This document shows, one piece after another, positions 9,189 to 17,965 of a DNA stretch of 21,686 nt. The notes under the pieces were generated by a model that saw only the letters and a program-made list of their open reading frames with translations, did no database searches and had not been told where the DNA came from. How positions within the stretch are numbered: the first letter of the stretch is position 1; each line of letters opens with the position of its first letter. Source of the stretch: Thermofilaceae archaeon (GTDB lineage Archaea; Thermoproteota; Thermoprotei; Thermofilales; Thermofilaceae); assembly GCA_038727095.1 (NCBI GenBank), contig JAVYWK010000028.1, forward strand, positions 1 to 21,686. Direction: 5' to 3'. A program made the position numbers and the translations under genes.

Positions 9189-9433
9189 GAGTAGCCACTA
9201 GTTTAGCACTCGTTTATGTCATATAACGTTTTCCGTTTTGGCCATCTCTCAGCGTAGGATTGCAGTCAACCCTGCTGCCGCATCTCAATGCACTCCTCGA
9301 CACCCCCCTGCAGCTTTTCAAGCACTCTAACGCCTATCGAGCACGTAGATGCCCTCGCTAGTTCTAAACGGCCCGCACGATCTCAACCTTTAGCGGCCAC
9401 CAGCTCACGGCTCAGCCGCAGCCGCGTCGTCCC

Positions 9434-9785
9434 AGACGTCCAGAGCGGAAACGGTAGTCTTCTGGTAAGCCCACCGCTGCTGGGTCACCCCTCTAGCCCA
9501 TCTGCTCCAAGGCTACCGCGCCTATGAGTAGAATCACGCCCCTCAGTCTAACGATAACGGGGGGCTGCGCTACCCCACCCTGCCTCTATTATAGCTTTGG
9601 CTGCAAGCCTAACTTCTCCAGCACCCTCGGCTGCTTCAGCCGAACGTTCGCTCAACGCTCGGCAACGCGAGTTCCGCAACCACATCTTCAGGCAGAGCTG
9701 GGAAAACCGCACCCGTATCAACGAGAGCCCTCTCCTTCCCGGCCTCTTCTGATCCACGCCCCCTAAATATTCGACGTAGTCGATG
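9434..9785 (-). pseudogene. Degenerate clan AA aspartic protease (paralog of 14626..15042)
   Basis: Contains ALVDTGAVFPALPEDVVAELALPS. Aligns along 14641-15005 with several indels and lacks the first ~14 codons. Confidence 0.85.
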
Positions 9786-9900
9786 CCCCCGGCCTCCTCA
9801 ATAGCCGTTAAGACTAGCACTCGCGCGCATCTAAGATAATGTTCAAGCTATTTGCGTTTCAAGCGTCTCAGTTAAACGCCAGACCCCTCTTCGGCTCGAT

Positions 9901-9950
9901 GCTTCCTCGGTTAGCCCGGCCAGTTTCTCTACAGCAGGCTTCCTAGCTTC
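9901..9950 (-). pseudogene. 3' remnant of PaREP1 gene
   Basis: gcttcctcggttagcccggccagtttctctacagcaggcttcctagc resembles 3243-3289 and 17692-17738 (ARKPA.EKL..L.EEA). Confidence 0.6.
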
Positions 9951-9985
9951 AATTCTAAAGCCGCTGAAACACCAGCCCCGTTCGC

Positions 9986-10393
9986 TTAGGAAATACTCCC
10001 CTCAGGATCTGCGTTCATGATCAACTGTCTTTCCAACAACTCTACAAGTCTTTTTACTATGGGCATTCTCCTCTCGACATCCTCCCTATCTAGCTTTGCC
10101 TCATGAAAACCCCATACGTGTAGGTGGCTTGCGGCATCCCATCCGAGCTGGACCTCCATGCCGAGCTTATCTGTCAGCTTCCTAACGGCTTTCTCTAGCA
10201 GCGTGACCGTCCACCTTCCCCTCTCTTCAGCAGCTTTAACTTCCTCGAGCTCGAAGATCTCAGATAGGGCTTTCACGCACTCCTCAGCAGCCTTGTAGAG
10301 CTTCTCAGACGATTGAACAGCATCCCCCTTCATTAGAAACTCCTCGGCTTCAGCTAGTAGAAGCTTGATGAGCTCCAACCTTTTCGAAGCCAT
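9986..10393 (-). CDS. PaREP1-family (HEPN-like) protein
   Basis: GDAVQSSEKLYKAAEECVKAL...GRWTVTLLEKAV...WDAASHLHVWGFHEAK. Confidence 0.9.
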   Translation of the reverse strand: MASKRLELIKLLLAEAEEFLMKGDAVQSSEKLYKAAEECVKALSEIFELEEVKAAEERGRWTVTLLEKAVRKLTDKLGMEVQLGWDAASHLHVWGFHEAKLDREDVERRMPIVKRLVELLERQLIMNADPEGSIS

Positions 10394-10538
10394 TGCATTC
10401 TCCCCTTTGCGGCCGTATCGCTCCCTCTATAGCCTTTCTACGCTCCCTCATAGTGGTAATTCGATAGCGAGTTGGTGAGCAGGGAGAGGCCGCCGTGTAG
10501 AGTTTCCCTATCCACGAAAACCTTGCTTTCAAGCCGTT

Positions 10539-10961
10539 TTAAAGCGGGTCGCTCTTCGTCGACCTTAGCATCCCGCTTACGTCGTTTAAGTACGCTCTAA
10601 CCCTCTCCAGCTCATACCTTATATCCTCCACATCTATGTTTCCCTCGTAGAACACCATTTCGTGTAGATGCCTTTCCCTCGCCCCATACCTATCCCTAAG
10701 CATCAGCTTCCCAATCTCGGGGAACCTTGCTTCCAGTTCCCTAAGCATCCTCCTACGCTCCCAGTTGCTGGATGGAAGCTTTCCTACCAGCCTCAGGATT
10801 AGAGCATTCGTCGCCTGAACTACGGCATTCCAAGCCTTTTCAGCCGAATCCCTAATCTCGTACGCGTTATTTCCCCTAACCCCCTCCTCAAACTCCTTTA
10901 AGGCCTCCTCATAGAATCTAAAGGCATCTTCAAGGTAGATGGCCACCCTGCAGGCCATCAT
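10539..10961 (-). CDS. PaREP1/HEPN-like protein with Rx4H motif
   Basis: IRDSAEKAWNAVVQATNAL...ERRRML...ARERHLHEMVFYEG. Start uncertain (10970/10961/10946). Confidence 0.85.
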   Translation of the reverse strand: MMACRVAIYLEDAFRFYEEALKEFEEGVRGNNAYEIRDSAEKAWNAVVQATNALILRLVGKLPSSNWERRRMLRELEARFPEIGKLMLRDRYGARERHLHEMVFYEGNIDVEDIRYELERVRAYLNDVSGMLRSTKSDPL

Positions 10962-10996
10962 ACCATTCACCCACTACTTACATTCTTTTAAAGGCC

Positions 10997-11546
10997 TTAA
11001 TGCAACACTGGATGTTCCTTGGCTAACCTAAGCCTCTATTCGTATTCTAAGGGGTCTTCAAGGTCCACTTCCAATTTGAATGGTACGATGCTTGGCGGTA
11101 CGATCCAGCTGTAGCCCCAGTCCTCTTTAACCCTCCTTATCCCTAAGCTTCGAAGCTTCTCGTTGACCTTATCCTTCAACCTCTTCACCAAGCCCTCCTT
11201 ATCGTAGATTATCTTCCCTCTATGAGGGCATTGAGGATCAGGGGGCTCGATACGTTCCTAACGAGGTCTTGAACGGACACTACGAGGACCGTCGTATCCC
11301 TGTTTACAGCCTCTCTAAAGGCCCTCAAGCCCTCGTAGGCTTTAAAGTAGGTCTTCACTGGATCACCGTCAAAATAATCTTTCAAGGGAAGAGTATGTCG
11401 TAGTCGCTCTCATCCCTGTAATCCCCCCTAGCCCTGAAGCCAAAGAGCATCAACCCCAGCAAGCCGTCTCCGAACATCTTCAGAGAGAGGCTTGTGAGGA
11501 GCCCTTCGACATCTACCTCAACGCCTCCCCATACCCGCAACTTCAA
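10997..11546 (-). pseudogene. MNT nucleotidyltransferase pseudogene, possibly once fused to a HEPN domain
   Basis: LMLFGFRARGDYRDESDYDIL / frameshift / ..PLILNALIE / frameshift / GKIIYDKEG..GIRRVKEDWGYSW..EYE*RLRLAKEH (TAG at 11036-11038). The GS motif reads GF. Confidence 0.85.
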
Positions 11547-11590
11547 CCACGACGGTAAGGAGCGTATAGAACATGTATAAAAAGTTCGAT

Positions 11591-12010
11591 ATGGGTTGTG
11601 TTGGGTACGCCGGAGTTGGGTTTACGATAATCACTCTACACTCGTATGATCCTAGCTACGCCCACAGGTTTATGCGCGACTCTTGAGGGGCAGGAGGCGT
11701 CGCTAAAGCTTACGAGGCTGGTGGAGACGCGGCTGAGCGTGTGCGTAGGCTCAACGGGGCGTTAAAGCCCGCAGCTGAAGCCGAGTCCAGTGGAGTTAAG
11801 CCTGGCCGGCGAGGCTAACGCTTCGATCAATTCTACGGTCAAGGATGCTCCTGCGATTAGGGATGAAGGCTCGAGGGCTAGAAAAGCCACGTACATTCTC
11901 TACGAGTCTGCTTTAGCAGTTGTAACAGTCGCAGATGCGCTCACGTACTCCTACGCCAAGGCTCTTCCGGAGGACCTGGGTCTAGCTCAGGGCCGACCAT
12001 ATGGTTAAGC
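11591..12010 (+). pseudogene. Degraded small membrane protein
   Basis: Fragments AYEAGGDA..VRRLNGAL.., LAGEANASINSTV..APAIRDEG and a hydrophobic C-terminus across frames resemble, from recall, small membrane proteins of archaeal glycosylation loci. Confidence 0.35.
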
Positions 12011-12312
12011 TGAGCTCCGAGAGGTACCGTCACTCGACATACGTTACTAAAATCTCAAGATTTTCATGAGGGGCCCGCAGATTTAAGAAAATGGAATTTA
12101 GCTTCATCTCTCGTAGGCGCCACTACGCTTACAAGAATAGGTTTTCTGAACACTTAAGGCTTGAACTGAATGCTTTGATGCTCTCTACAGCGGTCGACCA
12201 TCTCATGAGCATCAAAAACCTGAGATCACTATCAGTCCAGCGATCTCGAACAGCCTCTTTACTCGCGACCCATCAACCGCAGATACTATTTTCGTGCTTT
12301 ACCGCTCGATTA

Positions 12313-13170
12313 CTAGTACGTTCTTCTCTTGATCCTCTGGACCAGCTGATGCACAGTTCTTTTTCTCATCGCAAGTCTTAGTATGTTTATTGTCGTTGCT
12401 CTGAAATTCGAATCCTCCATGAATTTCCTCGCCAGGATTTCCATCGACTGTGCCGGTTTGAGTTTTATCGGTGTTTCCACCCTACCCTGCTCTATTTGCT
12501 CGTTGAGTTTCAGGACCGTCTTTACCGCCTCCTCTGCTCTGAGCTCTCTCGCTAGGTTTAACGCTTTACCGTTAAGCCATCTCTTCGTCACGTAGTAGTC
12601 GCTGAGGAGGTACATGTGCTCCTTGTAGATGGCGTGCGTGGCCGCGGCGACGGCTTCGGCCTCCCGGGTCAACGCCTTTGCCTCTGAACCATTCACTTCG
12701 ATCGGCTCGGTCTCCCCCAGCAGGCGCTCGCCGTCAAGGTATACGATCCACGCGAATGAGGGGTGCGTGTACAAGTCCACTATGGTCCCGCCCCTAACCA
12801 TCGTCACCGTGTAGGGCTCCAAAACCTCGATTCTGAAGCCCCTATCGGCTAACGTCCTTACGGCTTTCGGGAGATGAGCACGACGTATCAGCACATCTAT
12901 GTCGACTGAGACGTGCTCTACGGGCTTCCTAAACTTGAAAAGCGCGTAGTCTAAGCCGCTTAGAGCCCTAGATACCTCCGCAACCCCACTCATGTAACGC
13001 CTGTAACGGTTCTCCTCCCTCACCCTTAGAGGGCCTTCGTAACCCACCCTCCTTAGGAAGCCTAGCAGAAGCTTGTTGAGCTCGGCCAGCTCAGCCAACT
13101 CCTCGATACTACCGCCTACGATACTGCCCGAATCTATGCTCCTCAAGAGCTTCAAGGTTTTCGTAGGCAT
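12313..13170 (-). CDS. Uncharacterised nucleotidyltransferase (NTP_transf_5-like, Pol-beta fold)
   Basis: YALFK..KP..HVSVDIDVLI (DxD) and IVDLYT third Asp; 285 aa; overlaps the upstream kinase gene. Confidence 0.8.
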   Translation of the reverse strand: MPTKTLKLLRSIDSGSIVGGSIEELAELAELNKLLLGFLRRVGYEGPLRVREENRYRRYMSGVAEVSRALSGLDYALFKFRKPVEHVSVDIDVLIRRAHLPKAVRTLADRGFRIEVLEPYTVTMVRGGTIVDLYTHPSFAWIVYLDGERLLGETEPIEVNGSEAKALTREAEAVAAATHAIYKEHMYLLSDYYVTKRWLNGKALNLARELRAEEAVKTVLKLNEQIEQGRVETPIKLKPAQSMEILARKFMEDSNFRATTINILRLAMRKRTVHQLVQRIKRRTY

Positions 13171-13787
13171 TTCAGCAGCTCCCCCATAGCCTCCTTTGGC
13201 GTTTTATCGGTTGTATCTATAGTGTAGCTCGCGTAGTACTTAGCTAGAACGTTATAGCATGCCCACTCCTTAAGCAGGAAGATGTGGGGTGTGCCGTGCG
13301 CACGTTTACGCAACACTTCGAAGGCGGCCGTAACGTACACCGCCCTATCCATAGCGGATAACCTGGCGAGGAACCTGCCGGTAAGGCTTGTTAGGAACTC
13401 GGGGTAATCCAGCGTCACGATGATCCAGACTATGAAGTCCAGGACACCGCGATCCCCGATCACCGGGTGGAGCTTGGAGAGGAGCCTCCTCAAGAGGTAG
13501 TGCGGTAGGAGGGAGAAGAACTCTACCACGATCCAAACGGACCTCAGCCTATTCGGCACGGCAACTCCGTAGTAGGGGTTGCTACCCCCCTTAAAGGCGG
13601 CAAACCGCGAGAGAAACCTAGCGAGGAGGGAGGCGAAAAGGTGGGAACCCCTAAACCATGAAATGTGAGCGTAAACGCCGCGCGAAAGCAGGTAGCTTCT
13701 GAGGTACTTGACCAACGTAGTCTTGCCGGAGCCGTCTGGACCCGAAAGGCAGACCGTAAACCGGTGGGCATCCTCCATAGCAATCAT
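13152..13787 (-). CDS. Thymidylate-kinase-like P-loop kinase
   Basis: CLSGPDGSGKTT Walker A, VIGDRGVLD (DR motif) and IDTT near the C-terminus. Start at ATG 13787 or 13778. Confidence 0.82.
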   Translation of the reverse strand: MIAMEDAHRFTVCLSGPDGSGKTTLVKYLRSYLLSRGVYAHISWFRGSHLFASLLARFLSRFAAFKGGSNPYYGVAVPNRLRSVWIVVEFFSLLPHYLLRRLLSKLHPVIGDRGVLDFIVWIIVTLDYPEFLTSLTGRFLARLSAMDRAVYVTAAFEVLRKRAHGTPHIFLLKEWACYNVLAKYYASYTIDTTDKTPKEAMGELLKCLRKP

Positions 13788-13926
13788 CACTCCCGCAGCC
13801 ACCTGATGCCCCTCCTTACCGCAGCATGGCTCACGCAATCTCCAGGCCCTGCATACCCGTTCCATCCCATCAAACCTCTATCGCTCGCGCAGATCCTAGC
13901 CACGTTACTTCCCCTCGCGCAGGGCA

Positions 13927-14317
13927 TCAACCTATCAGCGATTCGATACCCTCTATTAGATTCCGAGCCTTTTCCATCTCCGCCCTCAATTGCCCTATGC
14001 CTATGATCCCTTCATAAAACGTTACCCCCGAAGGACCTTATGCCCAGCCACGCATCCAAGATTCCCAACTCTTCAACTCGCCTATCCTTTCCTTCGATCT
14101 CCCTGAGCATCTTCCCTCCTCTCAAAGCGGCTTAAGGGGATCCTCTCCATGTACTTACGCACCAATGCGTTCACCGCCTGTACAACCGCGTTCCAAACCT
14201 TTTCGGCGGAATCCCTCACGGCTGGCACATCCGCCCTAGCTGAGCACTGCTAAATTCTCTGCGAACTCTCGCAGAAGTCTTCAGCCATTTCAAAAGGGTC
14301 TCAGCATCCAGCTCCAT
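13927..14317 (-). pseudogene. PaREP1/HEPN-like pseudogene (paralog of 10539..10961)
   Basis: Across frameshifts: MELDAE..; VRDSAEKVWNAVVQAVNALV..FERR; MLREIE..ELGILD; FYEGII..EMEKARNLIEGIESLIG*. Confidence 0.82.
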
Positions 14318-14516
14318 ACAAGCGGCTCCAACGCCTCCCACGGTGACTTTGGTAGAGTCAATCAGATGTCTAAGAACGACTGTAGTATAATCGTAAGGAC
14401 GGCTTAGTATTTCCGTACCATCGAGCCGCCGTGCCAAGGCGCTACGCCTACAGCTATGCCGTACCGAATAGATCGTACCCCATCGATTAGCGCGCGAACG
14501 CGATGGCTCCGCTACG

Positions 14517-14615
14517 CTAGACCATCAGCAATTCCACGGGTCTAAGCCGCCCTGCAACAGGGTCCACTTGATACCCTAGCGCTTCGAGGAATGTGGCGCC
14601 TAGAACCGGTATAGG
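14517..14615 (-). pseudogene. 3' remnant of clan AA aspartic protease
   Basis: PIPVLGATFLEALGYQVDPVAGRLRPVELLMV*; begins ~10 nt after the stop of protease 2. Confidence 0.85.
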
Positions 14616-14625
14616 CCCCGGCTTC

Positions 14626-15042
14626 CTAATCGTATTTGCTTCGAACGTTCAGCATAAACGGTAGCCCTTTGATGAGCCTCCCCGTCGCTGGGTCAACCCT
14701 GTAGCCCATCTGCTCCAGGGCCCCCACGCCTATGAGCGGAGCTGTGCCCCTCGGTCTAACGATGATGGGCGATTCAGCTACCCTATCCTCTATTCTTACA
14801 ATGGCGTTCGCTGCAAGCCTGACCTTCCCCACGCCTTCAGCCGTTTCAGCCAGATGCACGCCCAAGCTCGGCAACGCGAGTTCCGCAACCACATCTTCAG
14901 GCAGAGCTGGGAAGGTTGCGCCCGTATCGACGAGAGCCTCCACCTCCACCTTCCTGACCTCTTCCAGCCTACGCTTCCCTTCCACGTATTGAACGTAATC
15001 GACAGCGTTGTAGAACGTAGCCTTCACGCAAATGTGCCCCAT
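14626..15042 (-). CDS. Single-domain clan AA aspartic protease 2
   Basis: MGHICV..ALVDTGATFPALP..PLIGVGALEQMGYRVDPATGRL, with a ~18-aa insertion before the catalytic motif. Confidence 0.88.
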   Translation of the reverse strand: MGHICVKATFYNAVDYVQYVEGKRRLEEVRKVEVEALVDTGATFPALPEDVVAELALPSLGVHLAETAEGVGKVRLAANAIVRIEDRVAESPIIVRPRGTAPLIGVGALEQMGYRVDPATGRLIKGLPFMLNVRSKYD

Positions 15043-15637
15043 CGCATCAGCCGCGGAAAAGACTCCGCGAGCGCATAAATACCTTATCAAAGTGCGCCTC
15101 GAGATCATCGAAACGCGTGTTTACGGCCTCAGCGTGAATGGTCGCGTGTAGTTTCAAGCAAGCTATGGCAAGGAGCTGCTGAACCAGCATCCAGGAAGCG
15201 GTATTCGATTAAGCCGCCCCCCGGTCTCAAGGGTTCCCCACCGCGAGACCACACGCGTTTCAGGCTCATCCGATGTCACTTCGAGAGCTTTGCATACCTA
15301 GCCCCACGTGTACGGGATGCCGCGAAGCCGAACCTCCATCCTTCTGAAGCACGCTGTAGGATCTCGCATCAGGCTCTCCCTACCACTCGTAAGGCTTACC
15401 TACGCTGTCCCCTACGAGCTGAACCGTATACGATGGTTTTAGCAGTTTAAGCCCGCGTTGAAACCATCCCACCCTGCTTAGCACGCTTCTCTTTCGCTCA
15501 ATGCTGGAATTTACCCGCGATGGTTAGAGGCTTCAAAGCTTAGGGTGATCAAACGAGGGCGTTAGCAGCCAAAGCGTCTGCGATCATTTGCGTCAAAGCA
15601 TTTAAGGCCGTTTCAGCATGACTGTTTAGGCTTAGCA

Positions 15638-15997
15638 ATGGGTTTCACGCACGTAAAGGTGAAAGTTGCTAATCCGGTAAACCCAACGAGGGTGGAGGAG
15701 GTTGAGCTGCTGGTGGATAGCGGCGCCATCTTCACCTCCATACCCGGCGAAGTCCTGAAAGGCTTGGGTTTAGGGCCCATCGACCGCGTAAGGCTCAGAG
15801 TTTACGGGGGAGCCGTTATAGAGCGGGAGATCGGGTGGGCTTTAATCGAGTACGAGGGCGTACGCAGAGTCGTACCTGTGATTTTCGGAGAAAAGGGTGA
15901 CACCCCAGTGCTTGGAGCAACAAGTTTAGAGTCTTTAGGTTTCCAAGTCGATCCAGTAACCAAAAAGCTAAAACCGGTAGAGTTTCTGATGATTTAA
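15638..15997 (+). CDS. Single-domain clan AA aspartic protease 3
   Basis: MGFTHV..LLVDSGAIFT..PVLGATSLESLGFQVDPVTKKL. Confidence 0.9.
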   Translation: MGFTHVKVKVANPVNPTRVEEVELLVDSGAIFTSIPGEVLKGLGLGPIDRVRLRVYGGAVIEREIGWALIEYEGVRRVVPVIFGEKGDTPVLGATSLESLGFQVDPVTKKLKPVEFLMI

Positions 15998-16020
15998 TAC
16001 CGCTTGCAACTGTTCAAAAC

Positions 16021-16110
16021 GTTTTACTCAGAAACTGAGTAAAGCGCTCTAGTGCGCACCGGAAAACGCGCTTCACCCGGTGCCCCCACATCACCCCCCG
16101 AGCCTCTCGG
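16021..16110. other. Three tandem hairpins between convergent protease sequences
   Basis: TTTACTCAG-aaa-CTGAGTAAA (16023-16043), GCACCGG..CCGGTGC (16056-16083) and CCGAG-cct-CTCGG (16098-16110). Confidence 0.45.
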
Positions 16111-16125
16111 AGTAACTTAGGAAGG

Positions 16126-16255
16126 TCACAGCGCCAGCAGCGCTTCAACCTTCCCAAGCTGCTTCGTTACGGGATCAACCTCGAGCCTCAAGCCCTCTAG
16201 GGCGTCAACGCCCAGAACTTCAGCGTCCTCACTTTCCGCAAAAACGACGATCCTA
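16126..16255 (-). pseudogene. 3' remnant of clan AA aspartic protease
   Basis: IVVFAESEDAEVLGVDALEGLRLEVDPVTKQLGKVEALLAL*. Confidence 0.85.
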
Positions 16256-16259
16256 GTGG

Positions 16260-16500
16260 CTGAGAGAAGCCTCCTACAGAAATAGCGTGGTAAAAGCGAG
16301 GAGAACCCTATGAGGACCTGCAGGAGTCTAAGCTTCAAAAGTACGGCGACCCCATAGCAGGGGCTTCTACACCCCCTAAGCGGTGCGAAGCACGGGAGTG
16401 CGAGGGCTGAAGCGAACAAGTGGAAAACAGCGCGAAGACGTGCAGCTCCTGAAAAGCCCAGCAAGCTTACCCCAACCGGGGCCGTCCGGTCCAAGGAGTG
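16260..16500 (-). pseudogene. Degenerate copy of the N-terminal half of the TMP-kinase-like gene
   Basis: LGPDGPG (shifted frame) and HLFASALA..FAPLRGCRSPCYGVAV..FSSLLPRYFCRRLLS align to HLFASLLA..FAAFKGGSNPYYGVAV..FFSLLPHYLLRRLLS of 13152..13787. Confidence 0.8.
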
Positions 16501-16844
16501 ATTGTAGATGCTCGACGAGCGTTTCTCACAACAATTCACCACTTCCCCCCACAGCCATGCCCAGCACCTTCCTCCCACGCGACCCCAGCTTACACCATCC
16601 CCAGGGAGCACGCCCAGCCTAATGTAGAGCTCGCGGCGGCAACCTAGATAGGAGGGCTTCGCTGACATCGCTCTTTAGGGGCACATCCCCGTTTCGAGAG
16701 CCTTCTGAAACTCCTCAGCGCAGCTCAGCCCCTTCGGCTGTTGCGAGAGATATCGATGAAGCCTTCGGCCGAAGAACCACAGCACTGTCGATGATCGCGA
16801 ATCCCACGCTTCGATAGCTCTCCCGGACACCTGCTCTTATCGCC

Positions 16845-16934
16845 TCGAACGTTCAGCGCAAACGGTAGCCCTATGACGAGCCCCCATCGCTGGGTCAACC
16901 CTGAAGCCCGTGCTCCAGGGCCACCACGCCTATG
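16845..16934 (-). pseudogene. 3' remnant of clan AA aspartic protease (protease 2 type)
   Basis: Nucleotide similarity to 14641-14734 (tcgaacgttcagc..aaacggtagccct..cgctgggtcaaccctg..tgctccagggcc..cacgcctatg). Confidence 0.8.
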
Positions 16935-16961
16935 GTGAATCGCGCTCTTCGACAGTTCTCG

Positions 16962-17321
16962 TTAAATGAGCGGGTATGGGGCTCGTTCAAGCTCTCCCGT
17001 TAAAGGATTCACCTTAAGCTCGAAGATCTCTAGAGTTGTCACTCCGAGGACGGCTGCATCCCCCTCCTCAGCGAAGATGACTGGCACGTGCCTCCTCTCC
17101 CCCATGAGCTCGATTAGGGCCTCACCAACAGCCCTCTCAACCTCCTTCCCCTCAAAGGTCCTGTACCTTCCTCTTCGTACCGGCTTTATACCGAGCGCCT
17201 CCAGCATCCCCTTAGGAATGCTCGTGTGGAGGGCACCGCTATCCACCAAGAGCTCAACCTCCTCGAACCTAGAGGGGTCCACCGGGCTAAAGACTTTGAT
17301 TTTTACGTATGTGAAGCCCAT
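16962..17321 (-). CDS. Single-domain clan AA aspartic protease 4
   Basis: MGFTYV..LLVDSGALHT..VLGVTTLEIFELKVNPLTGEL. Start at 17321 or 17330. Confidence 0.9.
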   Translation of the reverse strand: MGFTYVKIKVFSPVDPSRFEEVELLVDSGALHTSIPKGMLEALGIKPVRRGRYRTFEGKEVERAVGEALIELMGERRHVPVIFAEEGDAAVLGVTTLEIFELKVNPLTGELERAPYPLI

Positions 17322-17375
17322 CTTCACCACCTAGATAACGCTCCAGCTCTTTACTATTACTGTCACCTTCTTAAA

Positions 17376-17530
17376 GGGGTTCAGCTCTTACGTAAGTCGA
17401 TTTCATCGCCTCACCTCTTCTTCCCCGCATCGGTCTTGGGCCTGCACCACCCTTAGGGGCGTTCGGGGCGCCCCCCAAACCCCACAGCTTGAGCAGCTCG
17501 GGGGGAGCCCCTAAGGCCCTCGACCCCTCA
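17376..17530 (-). mobile_element. Possible non-autonomous tnpB/IS605-derived relic (structured right end)
   Basis: 10-bp inverted repeat CCTTAGGGGC (17451-17460) / GCCCCTAAGG (17507-17516) enclosing C6/G6 pairing. The minus strand reads ELLKLWGLGGAPNAPKG..MRG.., recalling archaeal TnpB tails. Confidence 0.4.
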
Positions 17531-17638
17531 TCGAACACTTCCACGCACCACTACATAGGGTGCTTGTAAGCGCTTCCATCTACATCCCAACGAGCAGACA
17601 TGAAACCCGAACAGTTACGTTAGGCTCTCAGACCCAAT

Positions 17639-17914
17639 TTAGATCCCCTCACTCGTACGATGGCTTGAGAACACCCTTGAGACTTTCTGTGGCTTCCTCA
17701 GCTAGCCTAACCAGCCTCTCTACAGCTGGCTTCCTAGCTTTAACGCCCTCAATCTCGATCTTGGCTTCATGAAGGCCCCAAACATGTGGGTAGTTCGCAG
17801 CATCCATCCAATCCTCGCATCGACACTGAGCTTACACGTTAAAGCTTCGACGGCTCTCTCAAGCAAGGTGACGGCCCACCTACACCTCTCCTCAGCAACC
17901 TTAACTTCACTAAG
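17639..17914 (-). pseudogene. 5'-truncated PaREP1 pseudogene (close paralog of 3201..3596)
   Basis: LSEVKVAEERCRWAVTLLERAVEALT..IGW / frameshift / AANYPHVWGLHEAKIEIEGVKARKPAVE. Confidence 0.88.
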
Positions 17915-17965
17915 AAGTGCTTTTGGGTTTCCGCAAACCCATGTGTTTAAGCGTTACTGCGCACC

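Noticed and set aside
9283-9325. Minus-strand EKLQGGVEECIE resembling PaREP1 EKLYKAVEECIK
   Set aside because: Too short to call with confidence, though it may be another remnant.
1027-11038. Three in-frame TAG codons (1027, 3135, 11036) suggesting amber readthrough or pyrrolysine
   Set aside because: Two of the genes also carry deletions or frameshifts, a TAA occurs at 7887, intact genes end in TAG, and each stop is one substitution from the expected sense codon.
13786-13920. Minus-strand LMGW..AVRRGIRWLRE* as a possible sugar-epimerase C-terminus
   Set aside because: Similarity too weak to support.
15110-15261. 11-bp inverted repeat GAAACGCGTGT / ACACGCGTTTC as MITE ends
   Set aside because: About one such pair is expected by chance in a window this size; no target duplication or second copy seen.
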